This document shows, piece by piece, positions 1 through 15,113 of a DNA stretch of 64,000 nucleotides. Under the pieces are notes generated by a model. It searched no databases, was not told the DNA's origin, and was given only the letters and a program-made list of their open reading frames with translations. Made by a program: the position numbers and the translations under genes. The stretch comes from Chlorokybus atmophyticus (taxonomy: Eukaryota > Plantae > Mesostigma and Chlorokybus algae). The stretch is from the NCBI GenBank assembly GCA_009103225.1, contig RHPI01001037.1:1092916-1156915 (forward strand). Reading direction: 5' to 3'. The stretch's first letter is position 1. Every line of letters starts with the position of its first letter.

Positions 1-144
1 TTTCTCAAAAGAGCAAAGAGAAGTAAGTAAGCAGCTGCATAGGGTGCTTATGCGTTAGGTCCACATTTTTGACATGTGGATTCACAACTGTTTGTTTGCT
101 GCTTTTGTGTAGCCTTGGATTGCGTGTCTTCGGGAGTCTATCAG

Positions 145-3100
145 GACCTTTGCAGACGTCATCGTGAAAGCGAAAGAGGTCAAAGCCAATGCACTGTGGC
201 CGCGTCATGCAGACGGCACCCTGAGCGAGGTGGGTTCCATGATTCAATAAGATATCCCCCCCCCCCCCGGGGCATTGTACAAAAACAAATACAACAGATG
301 GCTAGAACAAATGAACAAGGGGACAACTGGCCATATATTAGCTTATGACCGCAGACTGATGAGGAGGAAGAAGACTTTCAGAAAGAGCTGCAGGCACGCT
401 GCGAGGCACACAAAAAGGTGTTCGAGCCAGACATGCGAGGTACCTAGCTGCAAGCAGGGATGGAAGATTTGCATGCACTCTTTTCGTTTATGCCTCAGTG
501 TGGTGCGCCATCGACTTTGTTGTACAGCTTTTCTGGGGGAGATCAGGCGGCTGCAGCAATCGCTAGCAACAATGGTCGGGGCACTGGATATGGGAGAGGG
601 CGCTGAGACGGAATTGCAAGAGCCGGTGTCCCCGGCAACGAGTGTGGGCGTAGAGTCGGGCACTCCTTCCCGTCCTTCTTCTCCTTTGCATCCTGCGTCA
701 CCATTGGCATCTCCTAAGCAACCAATATCACCACTTGGGTCAGAAGCAAAGTCTGACAGTCAGCAGGTACTTGGCTCATCACTTGTTTGCATGCCGATAA
801 CCACAGTTGTTTTGCCGGAAGGGTACGGATAACAACTACACACATACATGGGCGGAAGTGAGCACTGGCTGTATAGCCTTTGCAGTCCGTTGTAACTGCG
901 AAGTGTGCGTGTTGTTCACCAAAGCGCAGCAAGCACACAGTTAGCGATATCCATACCATAAATTTACATACACGCGCATGCATTGGGTAACAATTTTACA
1001 GTATCAACGCATGGCAGATGTGTGCACCATGTGTGTTAAAAGCCCCAGGGCAGTCTGTACCTGCAAGCATGCATGTGCTGTTAGGTTTGGGTGCTGGTGT
1101 GTAGATGCTGACGCCTTTTTTCTTTCAGACCCCCAAGTTGGGAACTCCCATGCGAGCCACACCCCAGGGCGGCACGCCGAGCAAAGGAAAGTTCACATTG
1201 TTCTCGGTGCTGCGTGACAGCAATGACTCTCCTCGCACTGTGCAAAGCAAGCTCGCCGCTGCTGCGGTTGACGCAGTTGCAGAGCAGCCCTCACAGATGC
1301 ATACAGCAGAAAGCATGGGCTCCATCGCAGTCAGAAGGAAAGGCTGGTTGATGGATGCTTGGAAGCGTGTGCAGGAGGCTTATGATGATCAGATTCGCTC
1401 TGAGGTCCGGAGATGCTTGCTGGTTGAGACGGAGAACGCCGCGCTGCAGAAACGCATACGCTCACTGGAACAACAAAATGCAGCATTGCTGAGTTTGCAC
1501 CCCAACTCGCACGGAAGCACAAGGTCCATGCAACCGATCCCTACTGTGGAGGTGCCTCCAGCGGAAGATGAGGATGCCGACAGCAATGTCTCGAGCGACG
1601 AGGCTAGCAGCGAAGCCACCAACGGCTCAGAAGAGTATTTTGAAGCATTGGAAGCCCTGAACCAGTATGAGTACTATGTTAAAACCACCCCTGCTGACCG
1701 CCAGGTAGGAAAAACCGCTGCTGTGGCAGTATTGAAAAGCTGTTGGGTCAGTTTAGCTGACATGTTTTGTGTGCTCTCAGCTTGCAACAAGTGCATCGTC
1801 GTTGAGACTAATGGAGTTAGCTCCTAAAGATACAGAACCAGATTTAGCATCGGAGGAATCATCCGACGAGGGCGACGGAGTCAGGCAACCCCGCACCCGT
1901 TTGCCTGCCCCTCGCCCTTTGAATCGAGGGTTCAAGCTCTGGAGCATCCTGAAGAACATGATCGGGAAGGATCTTAACGCCATCACTCTGCCCGCCACTA
2001 TCAACGAGCCTCTATCCATATTGCAGCGCTGCGCTGAAGAAATGGAGTACAGGTGGTTGATCGACGAGGCCACCAAGCAGAAGACATCGTTGCTGAGGCT
2101 GCTGTATGTCACGGTATATGCCGCTGCTTCATACAGCACTGCGAATGCGCGGGATGGAAAGCCGTTCAATCCGCTGCTCGGTGAAACATACGAATGGATC
2201 GCCCCTGATAACTCTGCAAAATTTCTTGTGGAGCAGGTACAATCAACCACATTGCCGGTGTGTGTTAGCATAGCGTTGGCCAATACGGAATGGTCCTGAT
2301 GTTTCTTATGGCAGGTGAGTCATCATCCGCCAATCTCAGCGTGGCACGGCGAGAGCAGTAGTGGGAGCTGGGGTTACTATGGGGAGGTAGAGGTGAAGAA
2401 CAAGTTCTGGGGCAAGAGCGTGGAGATATACCCTCTTGGCTCATCCCACTTGCGGTTTCCCAAAACCGGGGATCACTTTGCTTGGAGCAAGGCAAGCGCA
2501 TATTCTCTGTGCTACGCTCAAAGAAGATTTAAAAAGTCATGTGATGGTAGTTGTCACAACACCGTTGATTTGATGCTTGGCAAGCGAGTATTTGCACGTT
2601 GATGGGACAAATTTGTAGTCTCTGTCCCATTAGCGACAGCACCAGTCAGTGCCCCGATTTGCAGTGTTGATGGGTGGTGACAATGTTATTGCGCATAGAT
2701 TTGTATTGCTTGCCTGACGGTCGGACTCTATGGTCTAGGTGGTGACCTGCATCCACAACATTGTGTTTGGCAAGTTGTGGGTGGACACGTATGGGGAAGC
2801 CATTGTGACCAACCACACCACAGGAGAATGTGCAAAACTGCGGTTTCAGCAGCACTCACGGGGCAAGAGGGCTTTGCTTAGTGGCAAGGTGCGAGCGTCA
2901 CTGCATGTTCCAACCTGTATACAGTGCTTGTATACCATGCAACAGTTGGCTGATGCTCTGTGACTGTCTCCCTGCCAACAGATTTATAAGGCGGATGGCC
3001 AGGCTGTCTACTCAGTGCATGGCAATTATGAGAAGGCGATACACGTCGTCATGGATGGCACAGACAAGCCTCCTCCAGGGGTACCATCACCAGTCTGGGC

Positions 3101-3709
3101 CATTGCAGCTTACCCAGATGACTGGGAGCAGCAGTACAACCTCACTCGATTCGCCATCACCCTGAATGGTGAGTCCAATACTTCATTTCGCGTGTGCGTG
3201 TCACCGCAGTGCAACAACTGTAGATGAAGGCTGTTGGTCAACTGTTCATGGGTTACACATTTTTGCTGACACAATATGTGTCGGGTTGCTCAGAGCTTCC
3301 AAGCACGCTGGCGCCGTGCCTACCGCCAACAGACTCGCGGTTCCGACCTGACCAGCGTGGGCTGGAGGACGGGCGGCTGGAGGTCGCTACGACAGAGAAG
3401 CTGAGGCTGGAGGAGAAGCAGCGGCAAGCACGACGCGAAAGGCGCGAGAGGGGGACAGAGTATCACCCGCGCTGGTTCAAGCCCCGCACTTCAACACCCA
3501 CTGAGGTAAGTATTGCCACATCCAGTCTGCTCTGGGCTGCACGTCAAGTCAATGGCAGCTGGACGGGCTCTGGTGCGGTGTTGTTAAAGCACTTTTGTGT
3601 GCAGGTGAATCTCAAGCGAGATGGCAGCGACCCCACCTGGTGCTTCACCAATGAGTACTGGACGGCACGGGAGAAGCGGGAATGGGCTGGCTGTCCTGAT
3701 ATTTACTGA
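145..3709 (+). CDS. ORP1: Oxysterol-binding protein-related protein (plant ORP1-like), multi-exon; 5' part probably upstream of the window
   Basis: Spliced exons give OSBP-domain signatures: RGFKLWSILKNMIGKDLNAITLPATINEPLSILQRCAEEMEY (1912-2050), KPFNPLLGETYE, EQV|SHHPPISAWH (intron after 2238), HNIVFGKLWVDTYG, LPPTDSRFRPDQRGLEDG...EKLRLEEKQR, ending WAGCPDIY* at 3709. Upstream exon assignments (145-1128) are tentative. Confidence 0.93.
3012..3570 (+). repeat. Source copy of a 559-bp direct duplication (second copy at 14555-15113)
   Basis: Sequence and ORF translations (3224.. vs 14767..) match at a constant offset of 11543 nt. Confidence 0.97.
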
Positions 3710-3981
3710 GGAGCAGTGAAGCTGTTGCCGCACATTGCCCGCAAGTCTGACTGCAAGGTTGGGAGTGTGCAGAGTCTCCCGACGCAATCCAGGCAGCCTA
3801 GGTTGGGCTTGCAGATGTAGGAGGCTTCCATCACATATTTAGCAGAGTTACATCCCTCCCGTCTGTAGCTGTGGATTGTTGCGGGCACTGCAGTCAGTGA
3901 TGTCCACAGCTGTTGTCCACTCCATTGTTGTGCAATATGACAGATCTTATACAACACGGTTCGAGCACCTCCTTGTCAAAG

Positions 3982-4723
3982 NNNNNNNNNNNNNNNNNNN
4001 NNNNNNNNNNNNNNNNNNNNNNNNNNNNNNNNNNNNNNNNNNNNNNNNNNNNNNNNNNNNNNNNNNNNNNNNNNNNNNNNNNNNNNNNNNNNNNNNNNNN
4101 NNNNNNNNNNNNNNNNNNNNNNNNNNNNNNNNNNNNNNNNNNNNNNNNNNNNNNNNNNNNNNNNNNNNNNNNNNNNNNNNNNNNNNNNNNNNNNNNNNNN
4201 NNNNNNNNNNNNNNNNNNNNNNNNNNNNNNNNNNNNNNNNNNNNNNNNNNNNNNNNNNNNNNNNNNNNNNNNNNNNNNNNNNNNNNNNNNNNNNNNNNNN
4301 NNNNNNNNNNNNNNNNNNNNNNNNNNNNNNNNNNNNNNNNNNNNNNNNNNNNNNNNNNNNNNNNNNNNNNNNNNNNNNNNNNNNNNNNNNNNNNNNNNNN
4401 NNNNNNNNNNNNNNNNNNNNNNNNNNNNNNNNNNNNNNNNNNNNNNNNNNNNNNNNNNNNNNNNNNNNNNNNNNNNNNNNNNNNNNNNNNNNNNNNNNNN
4501 NNNNNNNNNNNNNNNNNNNNNNNNNNNNNNNNNNNNNNNNNNNNNNNNNNNNNNNNNNNNNNNNNNNNNNNNNNNNNNNNNNNNNNNNNNNNNNNNNNNN
4601 NNNNNNNNNNNNNNNNNNNNNNNNNNNNNNNNNNNNNNNNNNNNNNNNNNNNNNNNNNNNNNNNNNNNNNNNNNNNNNNNNNNNNNNNNNNNNNNNNNNN
4701 NNNNNNNNNNNNNNNNNNNNNNN
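3982..4723. other. Assembly gap (742 N)
   Basis: Run of N. Confidence 1.
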
Positions 4724-4730
4724 ACATATA

Positions 4731-4768
<38 letters not shown>

Positions 4769-5070
4769 TACACACATATACATATATGTATATACGTGTA
4801 CGTATATGTATATACATAGACATAGACATATATACATATGCATATGTATATACACATTATATATGCATATAATTTATACATATGTATGTATATATAGACC
4901 TGTGTGTGTGTGTGTACAGATACACGCATACATATATATATATACCTGTATATATATTTGTATACATATATGTGTGCATTGTTATATATCTTCGTATACA
5001 ACCATATATCAATATATATATGCATTTACACATATATATATATATATACATATATATATGTGTGTGTGTG
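4724..5070. repeat. Degenerate (TA)n/(CA)n microsatellite abutting the gap
   Basis: Long alternating tatata/tacata/tgtgtg tract. Confidence 0.97.
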
Positions 5071-5813
5071 TGAATAGTGGCATGGAATTTACTATTGACA
5101 TCTTAAAAGCATATGTATCACGTCGATGAAGTTGTGTAAACAAACGCATTCTTATAGCTGTGTGTATGTACATTATTTTAAGATACACGTAGATTATATG
5201 CACAACTTATGTAAATGCAACTTCTCTGTGCATAATGGTTAATATTGTGTATAAAATTATACACACTTTTATACATTATCTTATTATAATCTTACATCCA
5301 TCAATCCCAAGTAGAGACTTATGACTCATGTGTATGTATCTTTGTATCTGAAATGTATGCATACACAAGAAAGCAGCAATCATGTTCACGTAAAGCATTT
5401 ACATTGGCGGCTGATAAAATGCTGTCAGCTGCTTAGCCCACAACTTTTAGCGGCGCAGTGCTTACTAACAGTGTCTTATCGGCGCAGCATGTTGAGATTC
5501 TTATTGGGAGTCAGCAAGGCCACGCGTTTCACGACATTGCGTGCAATTGAATGCATTACCCAATAGCATTATGGTATCCAATGTAACCTGCAACGGCGCA
5601 GTGCTAAATCTCGGTGTCGTATTAGCGCCGCAATAAGAAGATTTTTGTTTTGTCGGCAGTGCCACGCATCAATGGGTTACAGAACAATAGAAGCTTCACG
5701 CGGCATTGGACCACGCCATTTGTGCCCTTAATAAGCCGGTCACTTTCCTCCCTCCTTTATTTTAATCACCGCGTGCCTTTGCTATATGCCGGCAGACTGC
5801 GGGCGGCAGTGGC

Positions 5814-6947
5814 TTGGCAATGGCGGCCTTGGTCGACGACATGCTGCGGATGGTGTTTCAGCGCTTGGTTACCGATGAGGTCGACGACGACCAGCTCGAC
5901 ACACTCCTTAACGTCTACAACACCGACCACCAGTTCCGGCGCCTGCTGATGGAAACGTTGACGCAGTGTGAGGAGCTGTGCGTCGACACCCAGCTGGGGT
6001 ACTACCCCGCGCCGGTAGAGAATTGGACGATGCTAGCCATCATGGCGCCGAACGTTACAAAGCTCAGGCTGGGGCTGGCGGCTTGCGACAACATGATTGA
6101 TACAAAGGCTGCCTTCCTATCGCGGACAATGCCCCATTTCACGAGCTTGCGCGAGCTGGAACTCTACGCCGACATCAACATGCACAATGGCGCAGCCTCA
6201 GTGCCATTCCCCGCCTGGATGCCGGCACTCTCATTTTACCGCAGCCTCACTGCCCTCTCACTGACGGGCCTCGACTCCGCCGAGGATTTATCTGAGACAT
6301 GGAAGGCGTTTCAGACCGTTATGATCGAGGATGGCCTACCGAGCTTGGAATCATTGCGGCTGGAATGGGACGAGGTCGACGAGGAAGACTTCAGCTTTGC
6401 ATGGCCGAAATGTAGGCTAGAGGAGCTGACGATTCTGATCGACAGTATTAATGGATTCCATAACTTCGTCGACTTGGACAAGATACCGACGCTACGCAAG
6501 CTGGACCTGACCTCGCAGGACTTGACTGTGTACGACTTGCCACCCGCACTGGACGACCTTCGCCTCGTAGCAGTCACTGAAGATGACGAAGATAGGGGTG
6601 GCCATTTGATTTTCGGCGCCGATGCGCAAGACGTCCTCGAACGGCGTGTCCCACAGCGCGTGTTCCTGGTCTCTCTGGACGATGGAGAGGGCACGTGCTT
6701 TTCCCCCACCATCAGGCTGGTCAGATCTGACCCCGATGTGACCACGAAATCCATAATCTGTCACCCGCGCCCCCTCATCGATGAGTTTGAGAGACTTTGG
6801 AACGACATTTACGATCTGACTGCAGGGGTGAGCGTCGTTCAAGTTTTTGACGGCGATGATGACCTGATTGACGAGGTGTGCTGCGTTGGTTGCGACCAGG
6901 ACGAGTTGAAGGGAAAATGGCGTACCGTATTTAGCCTTAGCAACTGA
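5814..6947 (+). CDS. Intronless 377-aa acidic protein with an F-box-like N-terminus and degenerate leucine-rich repeats
   Basis: Uninterrupted ORF, visibly more GC-rich than its flanks. N-terminus LVDDMLRMVFQRL...HQFRRLL is F-box-like. LxxLxL units: FTSLRELELY, YRSLTALSLTGL, LPSLESLRLEW, CRLEELTILI, IPTLRKLDLT, LPPALDDLRLV. Confidence 0.75.
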   Translation: MAMAALVDDMLRMVFQRLVTDEVDDDQLDTLLNVYNTDHQFRRLLMETLTQCEELCVDTQLGYYPAPVENWTMLAIMAPNVTKLRLGLAACDNMIDTKAAFLSRTMPHFTSLRELELYADINMHNGAASVPFPAWMPALSFYRSLTALSLTGLDSAEDLSETWKAFQTVMIEDGLPSLESLRLEWDEVDEEDFSFAWPKCRLEELTILIDSINGFHNFVDLDKIPTLRKLDLTSQDLTVYDLPPALDDLRLVAVTEDDEDRGGHLIFGADAQDVLERRVPQRVFLVSLDDGEGTCFSPTIRLVRSDPDVTTKSIICHPRPLIDEFERLWNDIYDLTAGVSVVQVFDGDDDLIDEVCCVGCDQDELKGKWRTVFSLSN

Positions 6948-7461
6948 CTGCTGTAGGCACGGGGTACTCCTGTTAAATTGATGTGTGTTCATTGCATTTA
7001 ATGTATGTTTGCTCATGTGGCAGCTGTACGACATTGTTTTATAGTTCATGTGTTATGCTGGTGTGTTTGGCAGCGACGTACTGTGTGATTTCTTTACAAT
7101 GCACCTCCGATAGTGAAGTAATAGTGTAATTTTATAAGATGATATGTTTGCCTGTTTCATTTCTGTGTGCGTGTGTTTTACAAACGGCTGTATTGTCTGT
7201 ATGAACTGATACGCCACAATGGTCACATGCACGTTAAAAGCTACAACACATGTTGTGCACACAGCACAACCATGCATGATGTTCAGCACACAGCGCATGC
7301 AGACTGACATCACCATTTGTATAACCCCACTCAGCTAAGGCTAACAATGTCTCGTATGCTTGTTGCAATTCATCATGTGAATGAAGCAAGGTACAAGTGT
7401 CAGTCCCTGCTTGTGAGCAGCAAGGCATTATCAATGAGGGAAAAGTGGGGGGGGGGGGGGG

Positions 7462-7801
7462 NNNNNNNNNNNNNNNNNNNNNNNNNNNNNNNNNNNNNNN
7501 NNNNNNNNNNNNNNNNNNNNNNNNNNNNNNNNNNNNNNNNNNNNNNNNNNNNNNNNNNNNNNNNNNNNNNNNNNNNNNNNNNNNNNNNNNNNNNNNNNNN
7601 NNNNNNNNNNNNNNNNNNNNNNNNNNNNNNNNNNNNNNNNNNNNNNNNNNNNNNNNNNNNNNNNNNNNNNNNNNNNNNNNNNNNNNNNNNNNNNNNNNNN
7701 NNNNNNNNNNNNNNNNNNNNNNNNNNNNNNNNNNNNNNNNNNNNNNNNNNNNNNNNNNNNNNNNNNNNNNNNNNNNNNNNNNNNNNNNNNNNNNNNNNNN
7801 N
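7462..7801. other. Assembly gap (340 N) flanked on both sides by poly-G
   Basis: N run with G homopolymers at 7447-7461 and 7802-7809. Confidence 1.
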
Positions 7802-8603
7802 GGGGGGGGTAACTTTGTGTTTATCATTGTGTATATAAACACTTTTAATTTGGCAATTTGTTAAGGGGGTGAGACCGTCATTGACACCGAGTATTCAATG
7901 CATCACTGCGTGTGCTTGTTAGTGTATGAGGAAGTGAGAAGGTTTTAAGTAAAGTCGTCGGTTGCAAATGCAGTGGTCGTCTGCTTGGCATGTATGTTGC
8001 AACGTTCTCACTTCATGTATGTTTCAATGACGTTACAAGCAGTCCCAGGAATGCACCGGCGCCCCACACCTTCTTAAATCTGGCTACCACTTAGCGCTAC
8101 ACGTTGTTGCGTAATTGAGTGTTCACGACTCACTGCTCAGCAGAGTTGATTCGCACTAGCGCTGCTGAGCGGTGAGTCTCAAACACTTGACTAAGCGACG
8201 ATGCGTGTCAACGCTGATCAGAGGTGAACACTCGACTACAGTTGCCAGAGTGCTGCTACGCCTGAACACACTGCCCGTGTCATCAAATTGACAAGACGGC
8301 AGTAGGAGGCTGGCGGAGATGGCGGCGGGGGTGTGGGTGAAGCGGGAGGGTGATGACGCACGCATGCATGCATGTCTAATGGGTATGGGCAGTAGAGAAG
8401 GTAGGTAGCAGCTAGGTTAGCAGCTCGGTGGTTAATGAGAGTGCTTCATAGTGTGGTGAGTAGACTGCTCATGCTTGTGTGTGTCACACTCTCATGCAGG
8501 CCACAATCCTTGCATTCTATTTACTATTCAGTGAGAGGGGTCTGCACGGTGTCGTCACTGCCTTGCCGCCCAACAACCCAATCACTGCAATACATGTAGC
8601 TGG

Positions 8604-11354
8604 TCACCTTTCAACAACAAATTCGTTTATGGGAATCCCCGTGTGCCGTGCAGCGTGCTGCCTGTGCACCAACACCTTGTCCCCTGCTTGCAACTCGGAC
8701 ACTGAGATGGCGCGATCGTCTGACCAAACAGCATCTGCACCTGTAACCCAGCAGCAGGTCGTGTTAAGGTCACGAGCACTACTGCCTTTTAGATTCATCG
8801 GTCTCAGTGCCTTGCAAACCTGATGCCTTGACGAGGCGCACAGTCTCAGCGTTCTGCAGAGTAGTGCAGTACGTGTCCAGCGTGCCATCCTCAGTTTCAA
8901 CCTGATATGGTTTATGTACATAAGTCCACAAAGGTTGTATCAACACGACATGCATAATTATGCCTGCACATGTTTGATGCGCGCACATGGCAACAGAAGT
9001 GCTCACCTCTGCCTCGACCAGTACCATCGGTCGTGTCTCAATCTTGACTCTACCAACAGTCGCCAACCTTGTGGCTCCTGCGTAATCAGCAACCAGCATT
9101 TCACTGCCGGTCTTGAGTTCAGACAGGTAGGCGGTGTTGCCATTGGGTGCGGCCACATACGCATGCACCGGGCCCTGCATTGCCAGACGCACACATTGAG
9201 ACACAAAGCCAACATACAAGTAGGGTAGCCACAGTAACTTCGCTGCAACTTGGAAGAAAGGTGCTGAGTCTATTGCGTACCGCGTTCACACGGAAAGGTC
9301 TGCTGTTGATGTAGTCGGACTGCATGCACTCGGAGTGCACCAGAAACAGGCCTCTAGCAAAGGAGCCTACCTGTGCACATGCTGCATCGTTACAAAAACA
9401 AGCTGCAAAGCGATTAGACTAATCTAGTCGATGATGTAGTTGGCAGGATGCTCACCAGCATGCCCTCTCCCGGCCTTAGCAACGAGCACAGGTCCACGCA
9501 AACGCGGTCTCCAACGCCTGCACACGCACACCAATATGAGGGACATATTGGATCTGTGCTAATGGCGAACGGTAGGCACAACCAACAACACCAACCTAAC
9601 TGTGAAAGCTTTGTTACTGTTGCCGCCACCAGCGCCAGCTGTTGCCTTTGCTGGGGGATTTGGGCGGGCGGCTGCGTCTGAGCCAAAGGCGACGCAACAC
9701 TGCGGTTTGCAGCGTTTATATTGCTCCGAAGCCCTGATGTGGGTGCCAGGGTGGGATGCTGCTGTTCAGCTTCAAGACAATGCTGCACAACAGGAGTTGT
9801 AAGACGAGGTTGATGACAGTTGAACAGAAGTTCAGACATTGACTGTGACAATGTAAACCTGAAGAACTCACAGCAAGTTGCCTCATTTCTTCAACATCCG
9901 ATGTCTTGAGGATGATGCCGTCTGTGCCAATGCCCAGCACCTGTCTGACCATCAGAAAGCTGCATCATTACACATTTGCGTAGACATCACCAACTTGGGA
10001 CCGAACAATGCCTGCATACACACTCACATTCAGCATGTCACGCCCTGAAGCAGCAGTACGCACTACAGCGTAAAGTATTGCCTTCTCCGGTTTGGTGGCA
10101 ACCAAGTTTTCAAAGTTGATGATCTGCGCACATGTTCGCAACTTCAGAACAAAAATTTGCACTCTCATGCGTACACCCAAGTTGCCTAGCGCAGCACATT
10201 GTTGTAACATCAAGTACCGGCCATTCGGCGGCGTCCACAGCAACAATGTGACCATCATCGTCATCGTCAGTGATAAGCGCAGCTGTCGCATGTTGCCAGA
10301 CAGCACTCGCTTGGGGTGCGCTGCCCTTGTACACGACGCCCAATGTGGTATCATCGTTGGCCAGAACTAAGCGCCCTTGCCGATGATACAACACAGCAAA
10401 GCCAATGTCGTTTCCAAACTTGAGCTCCGGGGCTGCGCAAACCCAGCAATCAATCCACTCAGTCGGCTGCCAAGGTGGCCGTCAATGCACATACTTACAG
10501 TCATTAAGCCAGTCCTTCTCCATGACATAGTTGGTGATATGCTCGCTTGTCTCCTCCAGCGCGCCGGCGCTGTCTGGCCACACCCACACGGCCTTGCGGG
10601 CACCCGGTGTTTGCGCACGAGCCCTTTCGTGTAATGTGCGCGCAGAGAGTGCGGGCTTGGGTGTTGTGGATGCGGACATCAGTATGCGCACTCTTTTGGG
10701 CCTCTTGTCCATGGACTTCCGGACGCTCCCCAACCTTTGCACTGCTGCTAGCTTTGCAGCGCCAATGCTTGTTGCCTGCAAGGCGAAACGTCGTTGCAAC
10801 TCACATTTACAGGACTTGGCAAAGACCACTTACTTGCAACCTCAGCATTCAAGGGTAAGCTGTGTACAGCATATCGAGAAAACCAGTGCACTCGAGGCAT
10901 AGCATCCCACTGCATGTGCGTATGTCAGCAAAGCACGTAGCAGCAAGCATGGGGCTAATGATTCGAATCTGGAATCCGAGGGGCGGGTATGCAGCTGACC
11001 ATTGCTACAAGACATGCTGTCTGTTAAGAACAGATTGCATGTCACCAACACAACGACTATGAGCAATGCGCAGCTCACGAAGGGCATGACCGAGCTTGTG
11101 ATGGCTCAACAATAATCAACCACCGAATTTACTACACGCAAGCGTGTGCTTGGGAGTGCGCATGCACGCGCGTGCGTGCAGTGCTTCAGCTGCAACCAGA
11201 AGATGCTCACCTGGCCGGCACAAAGCGGGCGACGCCTTAAAACCGGCGTCACTGGCAGCGTCGCCGTTGTAAGCGCACACGCCGTGATGAACGACAATGA
11301 CGATCCCCTCGGCGCCCACAGCGATGGCCACGCCACCGCCGTCGTCGCCACCAT
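8604..11354 (-). CDS. 3-dehydroquinate synthase II-like protein (archaeal-type DHQS family), probably plastid-targeted, multi-exon
   Basis: Spliced exons: [19 protein letters not shown]|[30 protein letters not shown]|[23 protein letters not shown]...[17 protein letters not shown]...[10 protein letters not shown]...[14 protein letters not shown]...[15 protein letters not shown]. The first exon (ATG 11354, donor near 11210) is Ala/Thr/Ser/Arg-rich like a transit peptide. Confidence 0.9.
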
Positions 11355-11500
11355 GCTTGCTGCCAGCAACTACAGCGCACTGCATGCAGCAGGTAAGCTT
11401 CAGCTTTCAGCTTTAGGCAGGCATTCGCAGGCGGCCGGTGGCTGCGCCGGTGGCGGAGGACGACCAGGACGTGGACGCTGAGGAGCACGGAGCGGAGGAG

Positions 11501-14229
<2,729 letters not shown>

Positions 14230-14528
14230 TGTTGCTGAGCAAGGTTGTCCAACGGCGGTAGCCAACAGTTGCCGCTTGCTGTACTGCAGTCCCCCAGGCA
14301 GCATCAAGCGGCGATACAGACTGGTGGATGGTTGAGGGCAGTCAACTGGCGTTTGGGTTGTCTTAGACTTGCCAGGCGTTTGATGTCAGTGACCAGTAGA
14401 TCTCGTGTCCATCACATCACAGAGTCAAGCCAATTTCACTGTTGCTCGACTTAGGTCTCGGTCATTCGTGCAGGCTAAGTAGCGTCAACATGCCACCTGT
14501 TTGCAAGTGCAACATCACCAACCCATGT

Positions 14529-14552
14529 GTGGGTGGGTGGGTGGGTGGGTGG
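14529..14552 (+). repeat. (GGGT)n microsatellite at the left junction of the duplicated segment
   Basis: gtgggtgggtgggtgggtgggtgg. Confidence 0.95.
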
Positions 14553-14554
14553 TG

Positions 14555-15113
14555 TCAGTGCATGGCAATTATGAGAAGGCGATACACGTCGTCATGGATG
14601 GCACAGACAAGCCTCCTCCAGGGGTACCATCACCAGTCTGGGCCATTGCAGCTTACCCAGATGACTGGGAGCAGCAGTACAACCTCACTCGATTCGCCAT
14701 CACCCTGAATGGTGAGTCCAATACTTCATTTCGCGTGTGCGTGTCACCGCAGTGCAACAACTGTAGATGAAGGCTGTTGGTCAACTGTTCATGGGTTACA
14801 CATTTTTGCTGACACAATATGTGTCGGGTTGCTCAGAGCTTCCAAGCACGCTGGCGCCGTGCCTACCGCCAACAGACTCGCGGTTCCGACCTGACCAGCG
14901 TGGGCTGGAGGACGGGCGGCTGGAGGTCGCTACGACAGAGAAGCTGAGGCTGGAGGAGAAGCAGCGGCAAGCACGACGCGAAAGGCGCGAGAGGGGGACA
15001 GAGTATCACCCGCGCTGGTTCAAGCCCCGCACTTCAACACCCACTGAGGTAAGTATTGCCACATCCAGTCTGCTCTGGGCTGCACGTCAAGTCAATGGCA
15101 GCTGGACGGGCTC
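14555..15113 (+). repeat. Second copy of OSBP-gene segment 3012-3570 (exons plus introns); no start codon context, so non-functional or an assembly artefact
   Basis: Identical wherever compared. Includes the intron at 3169-3287 of the source and ends 3 nt before a lone N (15116). Confidence 0.95.

Noticed and set aside
275-832. 185-aa ORF as an independent gene
   Set aside because: More simply explained as fused intron/exon sequence of the OSBP gene's low-complexity N-terminal region.
3876-5129. Long ORF-track entries spanning 3876-5129 and 7234-7864
   Set aside because: They are artefacts of translating N gaps and (TA)n or poly-G tracts.
8218-8285. Minus-strand TGATGA...CTGA pair resembling a C/D-box snoRNA
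   Set aside because: The terminal stem is offset and I could not recognise an rRNA-complementary guide; such boxes occur by chance. An Rfam/snoscan search would settle it.
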